Positions 1-11,779 of a DNA stretch of 64,000 nt are shown here, in pieces. The translations under genes were made by a program, and so were the position numbers. How positions within the stretch are numbered: position 1 is the first letter of the stretch; each line of letters opens with the position of its first letter. The stretch covers positions 124,001 through 188,000 of the forward strand of contig JAXLNO010000239.1 in the NCBI GenBank assembly GCA_038087875.1. Reading direction: 5' to 3'. The DNA comes from Malacoraja senta. Taxonomy: Eukaryota. The notes beneath the pieces are model-generated. The model was not told the DNA's origin. It was given only the letters and a program-made list of their open reading frames with translations, and did not search any database.

Positions 1-1310
1 TCCGTTCTTCTGCAAAATTGCTAACAACTTTCAAAGTGTGCATGTGCATAGATGTGATCTATCCCAGGAAATTGAGAGAGTCAGGAGAGGAGATTGCTTT
101 CACAGAGACTTTTGTATCCTCTATAGACGCAGGTGTGGCCCCAGAAGACTAGAGAATAACCAATATTGTTCCTTTGTTTAAGAAGGGCACTAGGGATGAA
201 CCAGAAAGTTGTAAGTCGGTGAGTCTTAGATCAGTGTTAGGGAAATTATTGGAAAGTATTCTCAGGGATAGGATCTACTCACATTTGGAAAAGATTGGAT
301 ATGTTCAGGGATAGTCAATGGGGGAGGATATGTCTTATAAATTGAATTGAGTTTAATGAGGAGATGACAAAGATAATGAGTGAGGGTAGCACAGTGGATG
401 TTGTATAGTGGACTTCAGTAAATAATTTGACGAGGTGACTCGTGGGAGGCTGATCCAAAAAGTATGGACTGGCATCCACAATGAATTTAGCAAAGTGGAC
501 GCAAAATTGGCAGTGATAGAAGGTAGTAGTGGACCTATAGTCTGTGGCCAATGGCGTTATGCAGTGATCAGTGCTGGGGCCTCTATGGGTTGTGATTATA
601 TGTAAATGATTTGGATGAAAATGTAGGTTGACTGATTAGTAAGTTTGCAGATGACACAAAACTGGAGAGTGGGCAAGGATGCAGCTGGATAGATCAATAG
701 ATCATTTGGAAAATGGGCTGAGAAAGAGTAGATAGAGTTTAATCGGGACAAGTTTAAGGTGTGGCACTGGGGGGGAGGGGCGGGTCGAATCTAAGAGAAA
801 AGTAAACAGTTAATGGAAGGGCCCTTATGAGTATTGATGCAAAGAAGGAAAGATGTATCAGGGTACAAGTCCATAGATCCGTGAAAGTCGCAACACAAGT
901 GGTTAGGTTGGTAAGGAAGGCATTTGCCATACTTGCTTTCATCGGTCAGGCCATGGAGTATAAAAGTTGTCAAATTATGTTGCAGCTTTATAAAACTGGT
1001 TTGGCCATATTTAGATTATTGCATGCTGTCTCTTCATGTTTTACAGCAATGATGTGGAGGCTTTGGAGAGGGTGCAGAAGAGGCGGACCAGGATGTTGCT
1101 TAGATTAGATAATATTAGCTGTACGGAAAGTTTGTACAAACTTTGGTTGTTTTTTTCTGGTGCGATGAAGGCTGAGGGGGTAACATAATAGAAGTACGTG
1201 CAATTATGAGAGACAGAGTCAGAATCCTTTTTCCAGGGTGGATATGACAAATGCTAGAGGGCACAGGTTTAAGGTGAGAGCGAGAGAGTTTAAAGGGAAT
1301 TTATGAGGCA
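1..1310 (+). mobile_element. Decayed CR1 LINE, RT/3' part (KIT intron 8)
   Basis: CR1-type RT remnants (pre-RT PLFKKG region, KFADDTK, QAMEYKSCQIMLQLYKT) with many frameshifts. Confidence 0.85.
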
Positions 1311-1552
1311 TGTGATTTAAATAGTCGCAAACATCAATTCCATCATTCTCCCCCTTACTACATCTTTATTCTGGCTTTCTCTCCCTTACCACAATCAGCC
1401 TGAAGATGGGTCCTGAACCAAACTGTTGCTTGTTCATTCCCTCCACAGATGCTGGCTGACCCGCTGAGTTGCTCCAGCACTTTGTGTTTTGCTCAAGATT
1501 CCAACATCTGCAGTTTCTCGTGTCTTCAACCCAGGCTGTGTTTTGGGATTTT

Positions 1553-1860
1553 GACTTTAGAATTTAGAGATATAGTGTGAAAACAGGCCCATCGGCCTAC
1601 CAAGTCCATGTCAACCAACGACCCCCGTACACTAGCACTATCCTACACACTAGGGACAATATACAGTTTTAACGAAGGCAATCAACCAACAAACCCATAG
1701 GTCTTTAGAGTGTGGGAAGAAATCAGACCACCCCGGAGAAAACGTATGCTTTCACAGGGAATGTGCAAACTCTGTACTGACAGCACCTGTAGACAGGATC
1801 GAACCCAGGTCTCTGGCGCTCTAATGCAACAACTCTACTGTTGCATTACTGTGCTGCCCC
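1553..1860 (-). mobile_element. HE1-type tRNA-derived V-SINE
   Basis: Reverse strand has a tRNA-like head with B-box-like GGTTCGATCC, the family core and a short-repeat tail; matches other copies in the window. Confidence 0.85.
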
Positions 1861-2275
1861 TGTGCCACTGGGGCAACTAGACTGAAAAGCATCTGCCAAT
1901 TCATACATAAAGTTGAACATATCATATTGTAGGTTTGGTTTAAATTGCTCTCGACTTTGCCTTCCAGTTGGGCAGCTTTGAAGACACCTGAACACATCGT
2001 TGCAACACTTTTACCTTGCATTAGATGGTGGATCTGATTTTGACTTCTGCTTGAATTCTTCTAGTAGCAGTTCTCTAGTGGGTGAATTTGTAGAATCCCT
2101 GTAGAAACAACACAAAAAGCCAATTTCACCATTTCTCTTTCCATTGATTTTACATTAAATTTATTAGGTGGAGTGAGAAGGTTGTTAAAAAACAACGATG
2201 TAAATTCTTCTGCTTTATGACCATTAACATGCTAAAACCAGATGACAATACATTGTGTTGGCTGTTTGATTTCAG

Positions 2276-2463
2276 GTGCTCCGAGACAGCCACAGCACCA
2301 GCAGAAGAACACTGGACAAACAGGATAATCGGCCAGCCCAGCTTTGGTAGGGTTGAAGTAGAAAGCATTCTTAACACCAAAGAACTGAAGAGCAACATTA
2401 CCGTGGAGTGTCTGGCATACAACAGTGTGGGCAAGAATCATGCGATTTATCAGATAAAAGGAG
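2276..2463 (+). CDS. KIT: KIT exon 9 (Ig-like domain 5, C-terminal part)
   Basis: ttcag|G acceptor; reads (R)CSETATAPAEEHW...FGRVEVES...NITVECLAYNSVGK...IKG; donor G|gtaata; frame continues into exon 10. Confidence 0.9.
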
Positions 2464-3095
2464 GTAATATTCTGATTGCAAGTACAAATCCAAGCAAAAC
2501 TAAATGCTTTAATACTAAGATACCATGAATGGATGAAGCTTATCTAAAGGTTACGGTTGCTATATTGCATATTTTAGTGATTTTTGGTTCAAATTAGACT
2601 GTATATATTTAACAAGACAAAGGATGAAATCTTTGTGTTCATATTTAACAGAATGCAATTTGGCAAATATCCAGAAACTGCCCGAAAAAATGTAATGGCT
2701 GGCACTTCAGTCTATTGCTTTGTGTATTTCCTTTGTTTCAGCCCTTCCCTTTAGAGTATTGTTGCAGCCCCACATCAGCACGCAACCTGCTGGACTTTTC
2801 CCCTCAAATCCGTCTCCTATGAGGACCATGATTAATATTGGCAGCTCGCCTCTTTTTATTCTATGAGCCCAGCTGTTGATATCATTGGGTCTGTGGGCAG
2901 CAGGAGTATTCAGTATTGTCCTTTAGTTTTATCCTGGTCTCCTGCTCAGAAGTAGAGATGGACTTTCATCTTTGCATTTTGATCATAATTGGTTTATAAT
3001 ATTGCAGCCTTGTAGTCAAATAAAATTGCTTATAGTTATTTTGGAAGCAACATGTTCAGAACCAATAACATTATCTTATATTTTATATTTTACAG

Positions 3096-3202
3096 AAATT
3101 ATGAAGACTCATCATCTCTTTACTCCACTCTTGTCCCTGTTTGCTGCAGCGGCAGGCATACTGTGTGTGATATTAGTTATTCTGTTTTACAAATATCAAC
3201 AG
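3096..3202 (+). CDS. KIT: KIT exon 10 (transmembrane helix)
   Basis: tacag|AA...CAG|gtaaag; (E)IMKTHHLFTPLLSLFAAAAGILCVILVILFYKYQQ, resembling KIT HTLFTPLL...YKYLQ; 107 nt. Confidence 0.96.
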
Positions 3203-3295
3203 GTAAAGCGCAGCAAAACTCACAGATTTTTAAAACTCTTTTTGTTGCTTTGTGTTGTAAAAGTGAGTATTAACAAAACCTTGGTTGTTTTTTAG

Positions 3296-3422
3296 AAACC
3301 CAGGTACCAGATTCAGTGGAAGGTAGTTGACGGAATCCATGGGAATAACTACACATACATCGACCCGACACAGTTACCGTATGATGATAAATGGGAATTC
3401 CCCAGGGATAAGCTGCGTTTTG
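3296..3422 (+). CDS. KIT: KIT exon 11 (juxtamembrane domain)
   Basis: [42 protein letters not shown](G); 127 nt; AG/GT junctions. Confidence 0.98.
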
Positions 3423-4370
3423 GTTAGTTGATCTTTTGTTTGGTCTATTTGAATTGTGATGACCTTAGAACCTTTATTGTCTTCACTATAAATGCAATTT
3501 AATGGAAAATTTAAAATATGGGAAATAAAATTACTATTTTCAATCTCAGTCAAAATGTTCAGGCTGAAAGTTTGGAAGGTTTAACCAGATTTTGAGAACG
3601 TGAGCAGGCTATCAGGAGTGAGTGCATGGAATAGAGATTCAGGTTTGACTATGGAAATGGTGTTATCGACAGAGTAAGTGGTTGCGAGTGAACAGTCTAC
3701 AAAGTACTAAAGGAGTATAGCAGGGGACTGTGCTTAAAATCTAATAGTAGGAACAGTGGAAATAATGGGTAACACAAACAAAATGTAATAGGATTATAGG
3801 GAACATGTAATAGGGAGTAGGGTGGATAGGTGGAAAGTTGGGTGTTACCAAAATAGCATGGGTTGGTGGGCTGTGGATGTAGAGTGAGAGGAGCATCGGT
3901 GAAGGACATTTTTCAGGTTACAATGTTGGCAATCATCAGGACTGAAATTCCACAAGAGAAATGAAGAAAGAACATACAAAAGGGATGGCCACGGGATATT
4001 AGATCATGGTGAGGCAGATAGAAAGTATTAATAAGATAGCTGGTAGGAGACTGGCAGTAGGATGTCCAGTTCATCCACAAGAGTGATCATCTTGCCAAGT
4101 AAAGAAAATATCTATTGGATATTCCAGAGTGTTCATTGACTGAGCTTTGCTGACAATGAAACTCAGTCAAATTTAACCATAATGAGACCCGACAGACAAC
4201 TCCTCATATATTAATATCTTTTTGATGTTTGACATCTATTTAATAATTTTAATCCTTCTTATTTCCATTTTATTTTCCTTTTATCTTTCTTAATACGGAT
4301 ACTTTCGCAACTGAAAGAATAAGTTTATGATTTTACAAATTTGATACATACAGTATGCTGTTATTTTAAG

Positions 4371-4475
4371 GTAAGACCCTTGGTGCTGGAGCCTTTGGGA
4401 AGGTTGTGGAGGCTGCAGCTTATGGATTGAACAAGGCTGACTCCATTCTAACAGTTGCAGTAAAGATGCTTAAAC
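4371..4475 (+). CDS. KIT: KIT exon 12 (kinase Gly-rich loop and VAVK lysine)
   Basis: (G)[34 protein letters not shown](P); 105 nt; donor C|gtaagt. Confidence 0.98.
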
Positions 4476-4497
4476 GTAAGTATACATATTAAAAGTT

Positions 4498-4722
4498 TAG
4501 GAAGGAACTGTTGATGCTGGTTTATACGGAAGATAGGCACAAAGTGCTGGAGCAACAGGTCAGGTAGCATCTCTAGAGAAAAGGAACAGATGACGTTTAG
4601 GGTCGGAACCCATCTTCAAATACTTTTTCCCATCTGAAGGAGGGTTTGGACAAGAAACATCACTTATTCATTTTCTCCAGAGATGCTGCCTGACCCGCTG
4701 AGTTGCTCGGGCACTTTGTGCT
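4498..4722. mobile_element. Palindromic Penelope-derived mini-element in KIT intron 12
   Basis: Two inverted copies of the Penelope 3' terminal sequence; flanked by TATACATATTAAA(A/T)GTT at 4481-4497 and 4723-4739. Confidence 0.8.
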
Positions 4723-4817
4723 TATACATATTAAATGTTCTGTGTGAAGTGTCTGAATGTAAACTGACAACTGACTGACTACAATGTAAACTGACAACTG
4801 CAAATCTGGCTTTGCAG

Positions 4818-4928
4818 CAAGTGCTCACTCCACAGAGAAGGAAGCTCTTATGTCTGAACTGAAAGTATTGAGCCATCTGGGGCAGCACATCAACATTGTC
4901 AACCTGCTGGGAGCATGCACTGTGGGAG
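4818..4928 (+). CDS. KIT: KIT exon 13 (alphaC helix)
   Basis: (P)[36 protein letters not shown](G); 111 nt. Confidence 0.98.
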
Positions 4929-5121
4929 GTCAGTTCATGAAACCTGAGACTGAGCCTTGTTTAACTATTTTATCTGAACAGAGTCAAGAGTGTTTTATTG
5001 TCATGTGTCCCAGATAGTACAATGAAATTCTTACTTGCAGCAGCACAACAGAATATGTACACTATAAACAATATAATAAACGAGAGAGAAAAAAGTACAT
5101 ATACATATACATATACATATA

Positions 5122-5695
5122 TCTATATACATTTAAAACTCGGTGTGTGGGTGTGTGTGTGTGTTTGTGGTTGTCAGATTTGGCCTTTGATTCCTTGGTC
5201 CGCCAAAACCAGATGCGAAAACTCAGAGATTTTTTCCATTTCGCTATACATTACACTTTTACCTACCCTAATACACTCCTTATTAGATTTAGACATTTTT
5301 ATGTACACATTTTAAAATAAAATCCACCCCCCCCTCCCCCCCCACCCACTCACTCATTTTGTCACCTCCTGCTGGCCAGCCACCATAACGGCTGCTGCCG
5401 CCCGGCTCTGCTGCAAAAACGCTGAAAATGTTCTTCTTTCGCTGGCGATTTTCGCTGCTGCTGCCCGCCTCTCCTCCACTACCCCCCCCCCCCCCCCGGG
5501 CCGGCTCTCACACGCTGGCTGAAGCACCCGGCTCTCCTCCAAAAACGGCGACATTTTAATTTTTTCGCTGCCGATTTTCGCTGCTGCCGCCCGGCTCTCC
5601 TCCACTACCCCCCCCCCCCGGACTGGCTCTCTCACACTGGCTCAAGCCAAACATCGGCTCTTCCCCCTGTGCTTTTCGCCGTCCTCTGTCCGAGG
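5122..5695 (+). mobile_element. Possible non-autonomous Helitron-like 5' fragment with internal ~125-bp GC-rich duplication
   Basis: Starts A|TCTATATAC followed by a (GT)n tract; two ~125-bp units with poly-C runs (~5400-5520, ~5525-5642); no 3' CTRR end seen. Confidence 0.35.
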
Positions 5696-5699
5696 TGAC

Positions 5700-8437
5700 C
5701 CTGGCAATCGGTTTATTATAAAAGGTTTGGAAAGTCCGCTCATTTGACCATCCTACTGTCGCTAGGATGCGGTCCAGCAGAACCTGCATGAACCTTGCTG
5801 CTGATGTTATCGCAGCCCTGGTGCAGTGAGATTTAAAACATCAGTGTTCACTCCTGCACAAGCCAATACATATCTAAACCATCTGGAGATGGTCTGCACT
5901 GAAACCCTCTTGTGTGTTTTTTTGTGGCTAACGAACATTGCCAGCTCAGTGCCTCTAAGGTTCTTTGTAGCCTTAAAATGTTGATTAATATGTGTGACAA
6001 CACACACAAACTATGGTCCATAGGATATGCCAGAAATTCCAGCTTTAGACCCAACGCCCCCGGTCTGCTTAGTTTAATAACTCATTTACATAGAACATTA
6101 TTTTGTTGGTAGACATAACCATTCTGTTCAGCTGTAGCTTATGCAATGACTGGACATGTTGCGTTGAACCAGCGCCATGAGCATAACTACCTTATATGAG
6201 AGCCGGGCCAAAGATAAGGATGTAGCTGGATCCCACCGGCGAAGTAGTGTTAACACAATGTTAATATCCCTTACTTCCATGTACCTGGGCCTGGGAGAAT
6301 TTAAGTTAAAGATATCCTTCATAAATCTGGATATCAGAGGGTAAGACCTGACAGAGTGGGTCCCGATCCCTGCAGCAAATATGATGAGAAGGCACTTTTG
6401 GCACAGTTAATGGCACTATAATTTAATTTTTTGTCAAAGACCCATTTGAAAATTAACTCCAAAACGTCAGTTATCCGTGCCGTATTATATGTTATATTAG
6501 CATTTAAACAAAACACTTCCCATCTCTTGATGAGGAAATGTACTGCTTTTTTGGTGCTATCCCTGCAAGCTGCAGTGAGCACGTCCATGGTTTGGTCTGA
6601 CAACCTGAGCCCCAGGAATGGTCTTCTTAGAGTCTGCAAGTCAATAAATTGAATGTGCAGAGGATGGTTTCCTGAGTCACGGGATGAACCAGCAAATTTT
6701 TGTGTTTAGAAATAACCATATAAGGTTCTATTATCATTCCCAACATCAGCGGGAACCATGGCTGCATAGGCCAGTCAGGCACTACGAAAATGCCTGAAGC
6801 GGAATCTTGCTGGATTTTTTGCAAGACCCGACTGATGAGGCAAATGGAGGAAAGGCATAAAAGAACATTCCTCCTCAGTGTAGCGAGAATGCATCCATCG
6901 CCACTGCCCCTGGGTGTGGCTCCCATGCCACATATTTTTGCAACTGGTGATTGAGCCTAGATGCAAACAACTCGATATTCAGTGTTCCATATCGAGCAAC
7001 AATGTCATTGACTTTACGTGACGACACACCAGCGCCAAATGAGGTTAGGTAAACACAGGATACTGACTTGATTCCACCCATGTGATTAATATATGCCACC
7101 ACCGTAGTGTTATCAACTTGTAGTTGAGCATGCAGATTATGCATATTTGCACAATAAGCCTATAACCCATAGAATGCCCCCAGTGTCTCTAGGTAGTTGA
7201 TACCATATAACTGAAGAAATGGTAACTCATGCACATCCCATTCGCCTCCGTAACTAGTCCATTTTAAAATGTCTATACTGCACATGTGAGTTAAGTGAGT
7301 AAAATCAAGGATGATCCGACATCCTCCATCTTTCTTTTTTGGAGGCGCAGGGTGTCGTCGCCGAAACGGTGAAGCTTTGCTCGTCGTGGGTGCTTTAATT
7401 AACCCGACAGCTTTTGCTACCTCATCCAGATCTTTTACCTGTTTGGACATCTGCTTGTATATCCAACCCTTTTTGTTTGGAATAACTAAATGCCCAACTT
7501 GATGTCTATTGTATGGGTGGCAATGAGTTAAAGGAAAATTCAATTTGGAACCCTTGTATACTGTGCAGTATAAACTGATCTGATGTTATCCTTTTATTTT
7601 ATAAACGGATCTGATGTTATCCATTGCCATTCGTGCAAAAACCAAGTGTAATCTATCACCAACTTGTAACTGGTCCACACACCCCATGTTTCAGAAAGAA
7701 CCAGACCCACCTACCTCCATGGTTACCAGTGGTCTTATGATAAGCCCAAAGGCACCTGATGCGGGTTCTATTTCCTCCCAGTATGCTCCACGGACATACT
7801 TCCGAATTCGGAGTCAGTCATACACTGACCCCTGGCACTCCCCTCCACAGAGAGGGAAATTTTTAAGCAGCCCTGAAACAGGCGCTGCCGCAGGCCCCCG
7901 AGGAGACCTGCGCTGATATGGCACCGTTTCACGGAGCATATCATGATGGAGCATCCTCTGTGGGATGAACGCCCGAGGACGCTATCCATGCTCCATCTGG
8001 GATAAACGCCAGAGGACATTACCCATGTTTGTCGGAGGGGAACCCTCCTGGCCTGACTCGTCCGAGTCCACAGGCCTCTTCAGAGTCCGTTTGGCTTTGC
8101 CCCATTTCGGGGTTGCCAAAGTCTGAAGTCGCTGACCGCACTGTCAGCGACTCGGGCATCAAACCCGGCGGCCGCCGGCTACCCGCACTCCTGCGGTCCT
8201 ACGTAGCCGGTTTCCCCGCGGCCCGTCTGGATTTTGCCCCGGATTTCCATATCCAGCAGGAAACTCTGTAAAAGAGATTCCTGCAACCAAATATACAACC
8301 TGAAAATAAGTTTAAAACTTACCGCTGGAGGAGCGACGTGCCTCCCAGCCAGTCGTGCACAATGCGTTAGACGTATTGACGCGCATGCGGGCTGGCGGGC
8401 TTCTTCACGTAGTCACTCACGTGACTCCGAAGTAAAA
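5700..8437 (-). mobile_element. DIRS1-like tyrosine-recombinase retrotransposon, internally deleted and decayed (intron 13)
   Basis: Minus-strand pieces in DIRS order: gag-like, RT start (KKDGGCRIILD), RNase H (INYLE; DNTTVVAYINHMGG), methyltransferase-like (ELFASRLN...DAF...FPPF...VVPDWPMQPWFP), YR (SHCTRAA...GWSNERTFQTFY); the minus strand starts TTTT. Confidence 0.88.
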
Positions 8438-8439
8438 TA

Positions 8440-8685
8440 GTCTATGTAGTTCAGAGCTTATTTGAGGTTGTAGTGTTTAATAGCCCAATGGCTGCACGAA
8501 AGAAGCTGTTCCTGAACCTGGGCATTACAGTTTTCAGGCTCCTGTACATTCTTCCCGATGGTGGGGGTGAAATGAGTGTGTCACCAGGGTGGTGTGGGTC
8601 TCTGATAATGCTGGCTGCTTTTTGAGGCAATGACTCTGGTAAATCCTTTCGATGGTGGGGAGTTCAGAGCAGGTGATGGACTGGA
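8440..8685 (-). mobile_element. Rex1/Babar-type LINE 3' fragment (its tail lies at ~4981-5095)
   Basis: Minus-strand translation AASIIRDPHHPGDTLISPPPSGRMYRSLKTVMPRFRNSFFRAAIGLLN is typical of the Rex1/Babar C-terminus. Confidence 0.7.
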
Positions 8686-10196
8686 AGAGAAATAGTCAGT
8701 CAAACAGTGGCACTGTTGTAATGGGAGACTGCAGATTCAAGTTCTATTTCAAGATCTTTGTTGACAGTTTAGCACAGTGCTGACACCCTCAGCACAGAAA
8801 TACTATCTTTGCTATGAGGCGTTAAACCAAGGCTTCATTGTCCCCTCAGTTGGAAAGAAACTATTCCAGGGGGTAATTCAGGAATAACAAGGAGATTTCC
8901 CTATTGTCCTGACCAATATTAATCTCAATCGGAAGAATTTAAACACTGACCATTTATTTTAATGATGAAGTTTACAGTGCTTAAGCCGTCTGCTATATAT
9001 TCCAAGGTGCAACAGTGCCCATTTGATTTTGGCAAAGAACAAAGTGCAGGCCGAACTCAGTAGGTCAGACAGCATATTTGGAGGGAAATAACAGACGATA
9101 TTTAGAGTCGGGACCCTTCTGACCGACTGAAATGTCGTCTGTTCATTTCCCTCCGCAAATGCTGCCTGACCTGCTGAGCTCCTCAAGCACTATTTTTTGC
9201 TCAAGATCAAGCATTTGCTGCCTCGTCTCCATTTTAAGATATTTTTTTAGGATAAAGTATTAGAGACACTTAGAGGGCTAAAGATAGACAAATCACATAG
9301 ATCTGGGCTTGCATTCAATGGTTTTTAAAGAAATATAACCAATCCACCAATACAACATGATTACATTTAGGATTTTTTTTTTTCCAAATTAGGAAATTAA
9401 TAATCCATTTAATAATAAATAATAATAATAATAGAATAACTTGGCCAAATGTTTTATTTGTAAACCATTTTTTGACTTTGAACTCCATGATTTTAGAGAG
9501 ATCAACTGCTCTGAAGCTTGTAAGGTGATCAGTAACTTTTCCCAATTGACGTCAAACCAGCCATCTATTTGTAATCTGAACTCAATTAATGCAAATTTAA
9601 CAACATTCAAGATACACAACACTATATAGGACATAGCGACCACTTGATAGACACCTCATCCACAACCATTCACTTACTTCACCACAGCTGCAGTTGGTAC
9701 CATCTACAATAACACCTAACCCCAATTCTTCTACCATCTAGAAAGACAAGGGCAGAAAAAACACCACTATTTCAAGCCACATACCATCCGATTGGAAATA
9801 TATCGCTGTTCCTTCACAGCCCCTGGACCAAAATCTCCGAACCCCCTCCCTAACAGCATGTAGATATACCCACACTGCAGCAGTTTAGGAAGGCAGCTGA
9901 CCACCACCTTCTTGATGGCATTTAGAGATGACCAACTAATTACGGGCTCAACCTGTGGAGCCTGTAACCTTGAATGGATAAAAAACATGTGTAAACGGAT
10001 GCATAATGGCTGTTGTGGATTTGGTGGGCTATGGACCTGTTTCTGAACTATATCTCTCTGTAGCTGTATGCCTCTTTCAAAATATTAATATAAGTCATGA
10101 ATTAAGAGAAACGGCGTTGCACAAATTGTTTCCAAACATCAGTTGATTCTGAATAATGCTTCTGCAAATTTTAATGAATTTACTGTTGTGTTCCAG

Positions 10197-10350
10197 GTCC
10201 AGTTCTGGTAATCACTGAATACTGCTGCTTTGGTGACCTTCTGAACTTTCTGAGGAGGAAACGAGACTCATTTATTTGGCCAGAAACTAGAGAACAGGAT
10301 CTGGAGAAGACACAATATAAGAATATTCTGAATCTGAGGGATCCCGAGAA
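10197..10350 (+). CDS. KIT: KIT exon 14 (hinge and start of kinase insert)
   Basis: (G)[50 protein letters not shown](N); ttccag|GT...AA|gtaaga. Confidence 0.97.
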
Positions 10351-10877
10351 GTAAGAAAACAAATGCAACAAATCTTTATTAACATATACTGGGGATTTAT
10401 TATTTATATTTATTGTCTACTGTATAAAGTTTTATTTGCAGCAGCTGATGTTCAGAAGTATGCTATAATCAAATTTGCTCATCTTGCTTTTTTATGGTTT
10501 TCAACCGCACCTGCCCCAAAATATGAAAATAATACCTTTGCCTTTTCCCGTACAAAGTATTCTCATGAATATTTTGTACTCCGCTCCTCAAATATGTTCC
10601 AATGATTTAACAGATTGAATTTCAGAGGCAAGGCACAAAGTGTTGATGTCACTATCTTCCACACTTTTTGTAACTGGCTATTTCTAAATAATTCACTCTC
10701 CATCAATTAATATCACATTTAAACTGTAGCACATTTGGGAGATTCATCCGCAGCAGAGACAAAAATAAGTATTTATACAGGACACCAAGTAAATTTCCAT
10801 GTTGCATGAAGTGTTTATATTTTAGGACTATGCATTTAGAATGGAGCCCTCAAACCGAAGGTACACTGAGTGGTGAA

Positions 10878-11110
10878 TACAATAGACAATAGACAATAGA
10901 CAATAGACAATAGACAATAGACAATAGGTGCAGGAGCAGGCCATTCGGCCCTTCGAGCCAGCACCGCCATTCAATGTGATCATGGCTGATCATCCCCAAT
11001 CAGTACCCCGTTCCTGCCTTCTCCCCATATCCCCTGACTCCACTATTTTTAAGAGCCCTATCTAACTCTCTCTTGAAAGCATCCAGAGAACCTGCCTCCA
11101 CCCGCCCTCT
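10878..11110 (-). mobile_element. CR1 3' end with (ATTGTCT)n tail
   Basis: About 7 AGACAAT units on + followed by CR1 3' UTR sequence like the copy at 40352. Confidence 0.85.
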
Positions 11111-11576
11111 GAGGCAGAGAGTTCCACAATACAAATGGCAACTGACTGCATAGGCAGAGGGTGTTTGTGAATCCTCCTCCTATACTATGTTCCCTTCCAT
11201 CTCTCACCTCCCAAAGCAGCTTCATAGAAATATTAACAACTTGCAGTAATAATCACATTCATTTTCAAAATATTTGCAGTCAAAACCATGCTATTTTGTC
11301 AGTAGTAAACACAATTTGCCACCAATTTAATGCACATTTTCAAATAATTATTTCCTTCATTAAATCATGCATTCTAGTTTACTAGAATTACTCAATATTC
11401 ATCATGCTGGTCAGAGACATTTTTTTCAGAGTCTGTTTACATGCAAGACAAAGTGTTTAGGAAAGGTTCCAAAAGATAAGAGATCCCATACACCTAAAAC
11501 AAATACTATTATTTTGTTTTTGTATTTATCAAATCTCAATATTATTTTCTTTCCATGTATCTTTTACTTACGATAG

Positions 11577-11665
11577 CAATAGTTCTGGATCATATATGGA
11601 AATGAGACCAAGTAAAACAGCAGTTCCTCAGACTACCCAGGACAGAAAAAGACTGCCAAGCAAGG
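11577..11665 (+). CDS. KIT: KIT exon 15 (kinase insert, YMEM PI3K-type site)
   Basis: (N)NSSGSYMEMRPSKTAVPQTTQDRKRLPSK(E); phases fit exons 14 and 16; donor G|gtaaga; an alternative acceptor 6 nt downstream is possible. Confidence 0.9.
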
Positions 11666-11779
11666 GTAAGATACCTATGGTGATCTGAGCTACACTGTAA
11701 TTGTGTCTTTGTTATAATGAATAACAAGCATTTAGAATTTACTCTATCAAAATTGGACATAAATTGTATCGCAAAGTCA

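Noticed and set aside
8266..8322. Possible small intron in the DIRS leader (minus-strand GTAAGT...TTTTACAG)
   Set aside because: Only 57 nt with several competing acceptors; not supportable without transcripts
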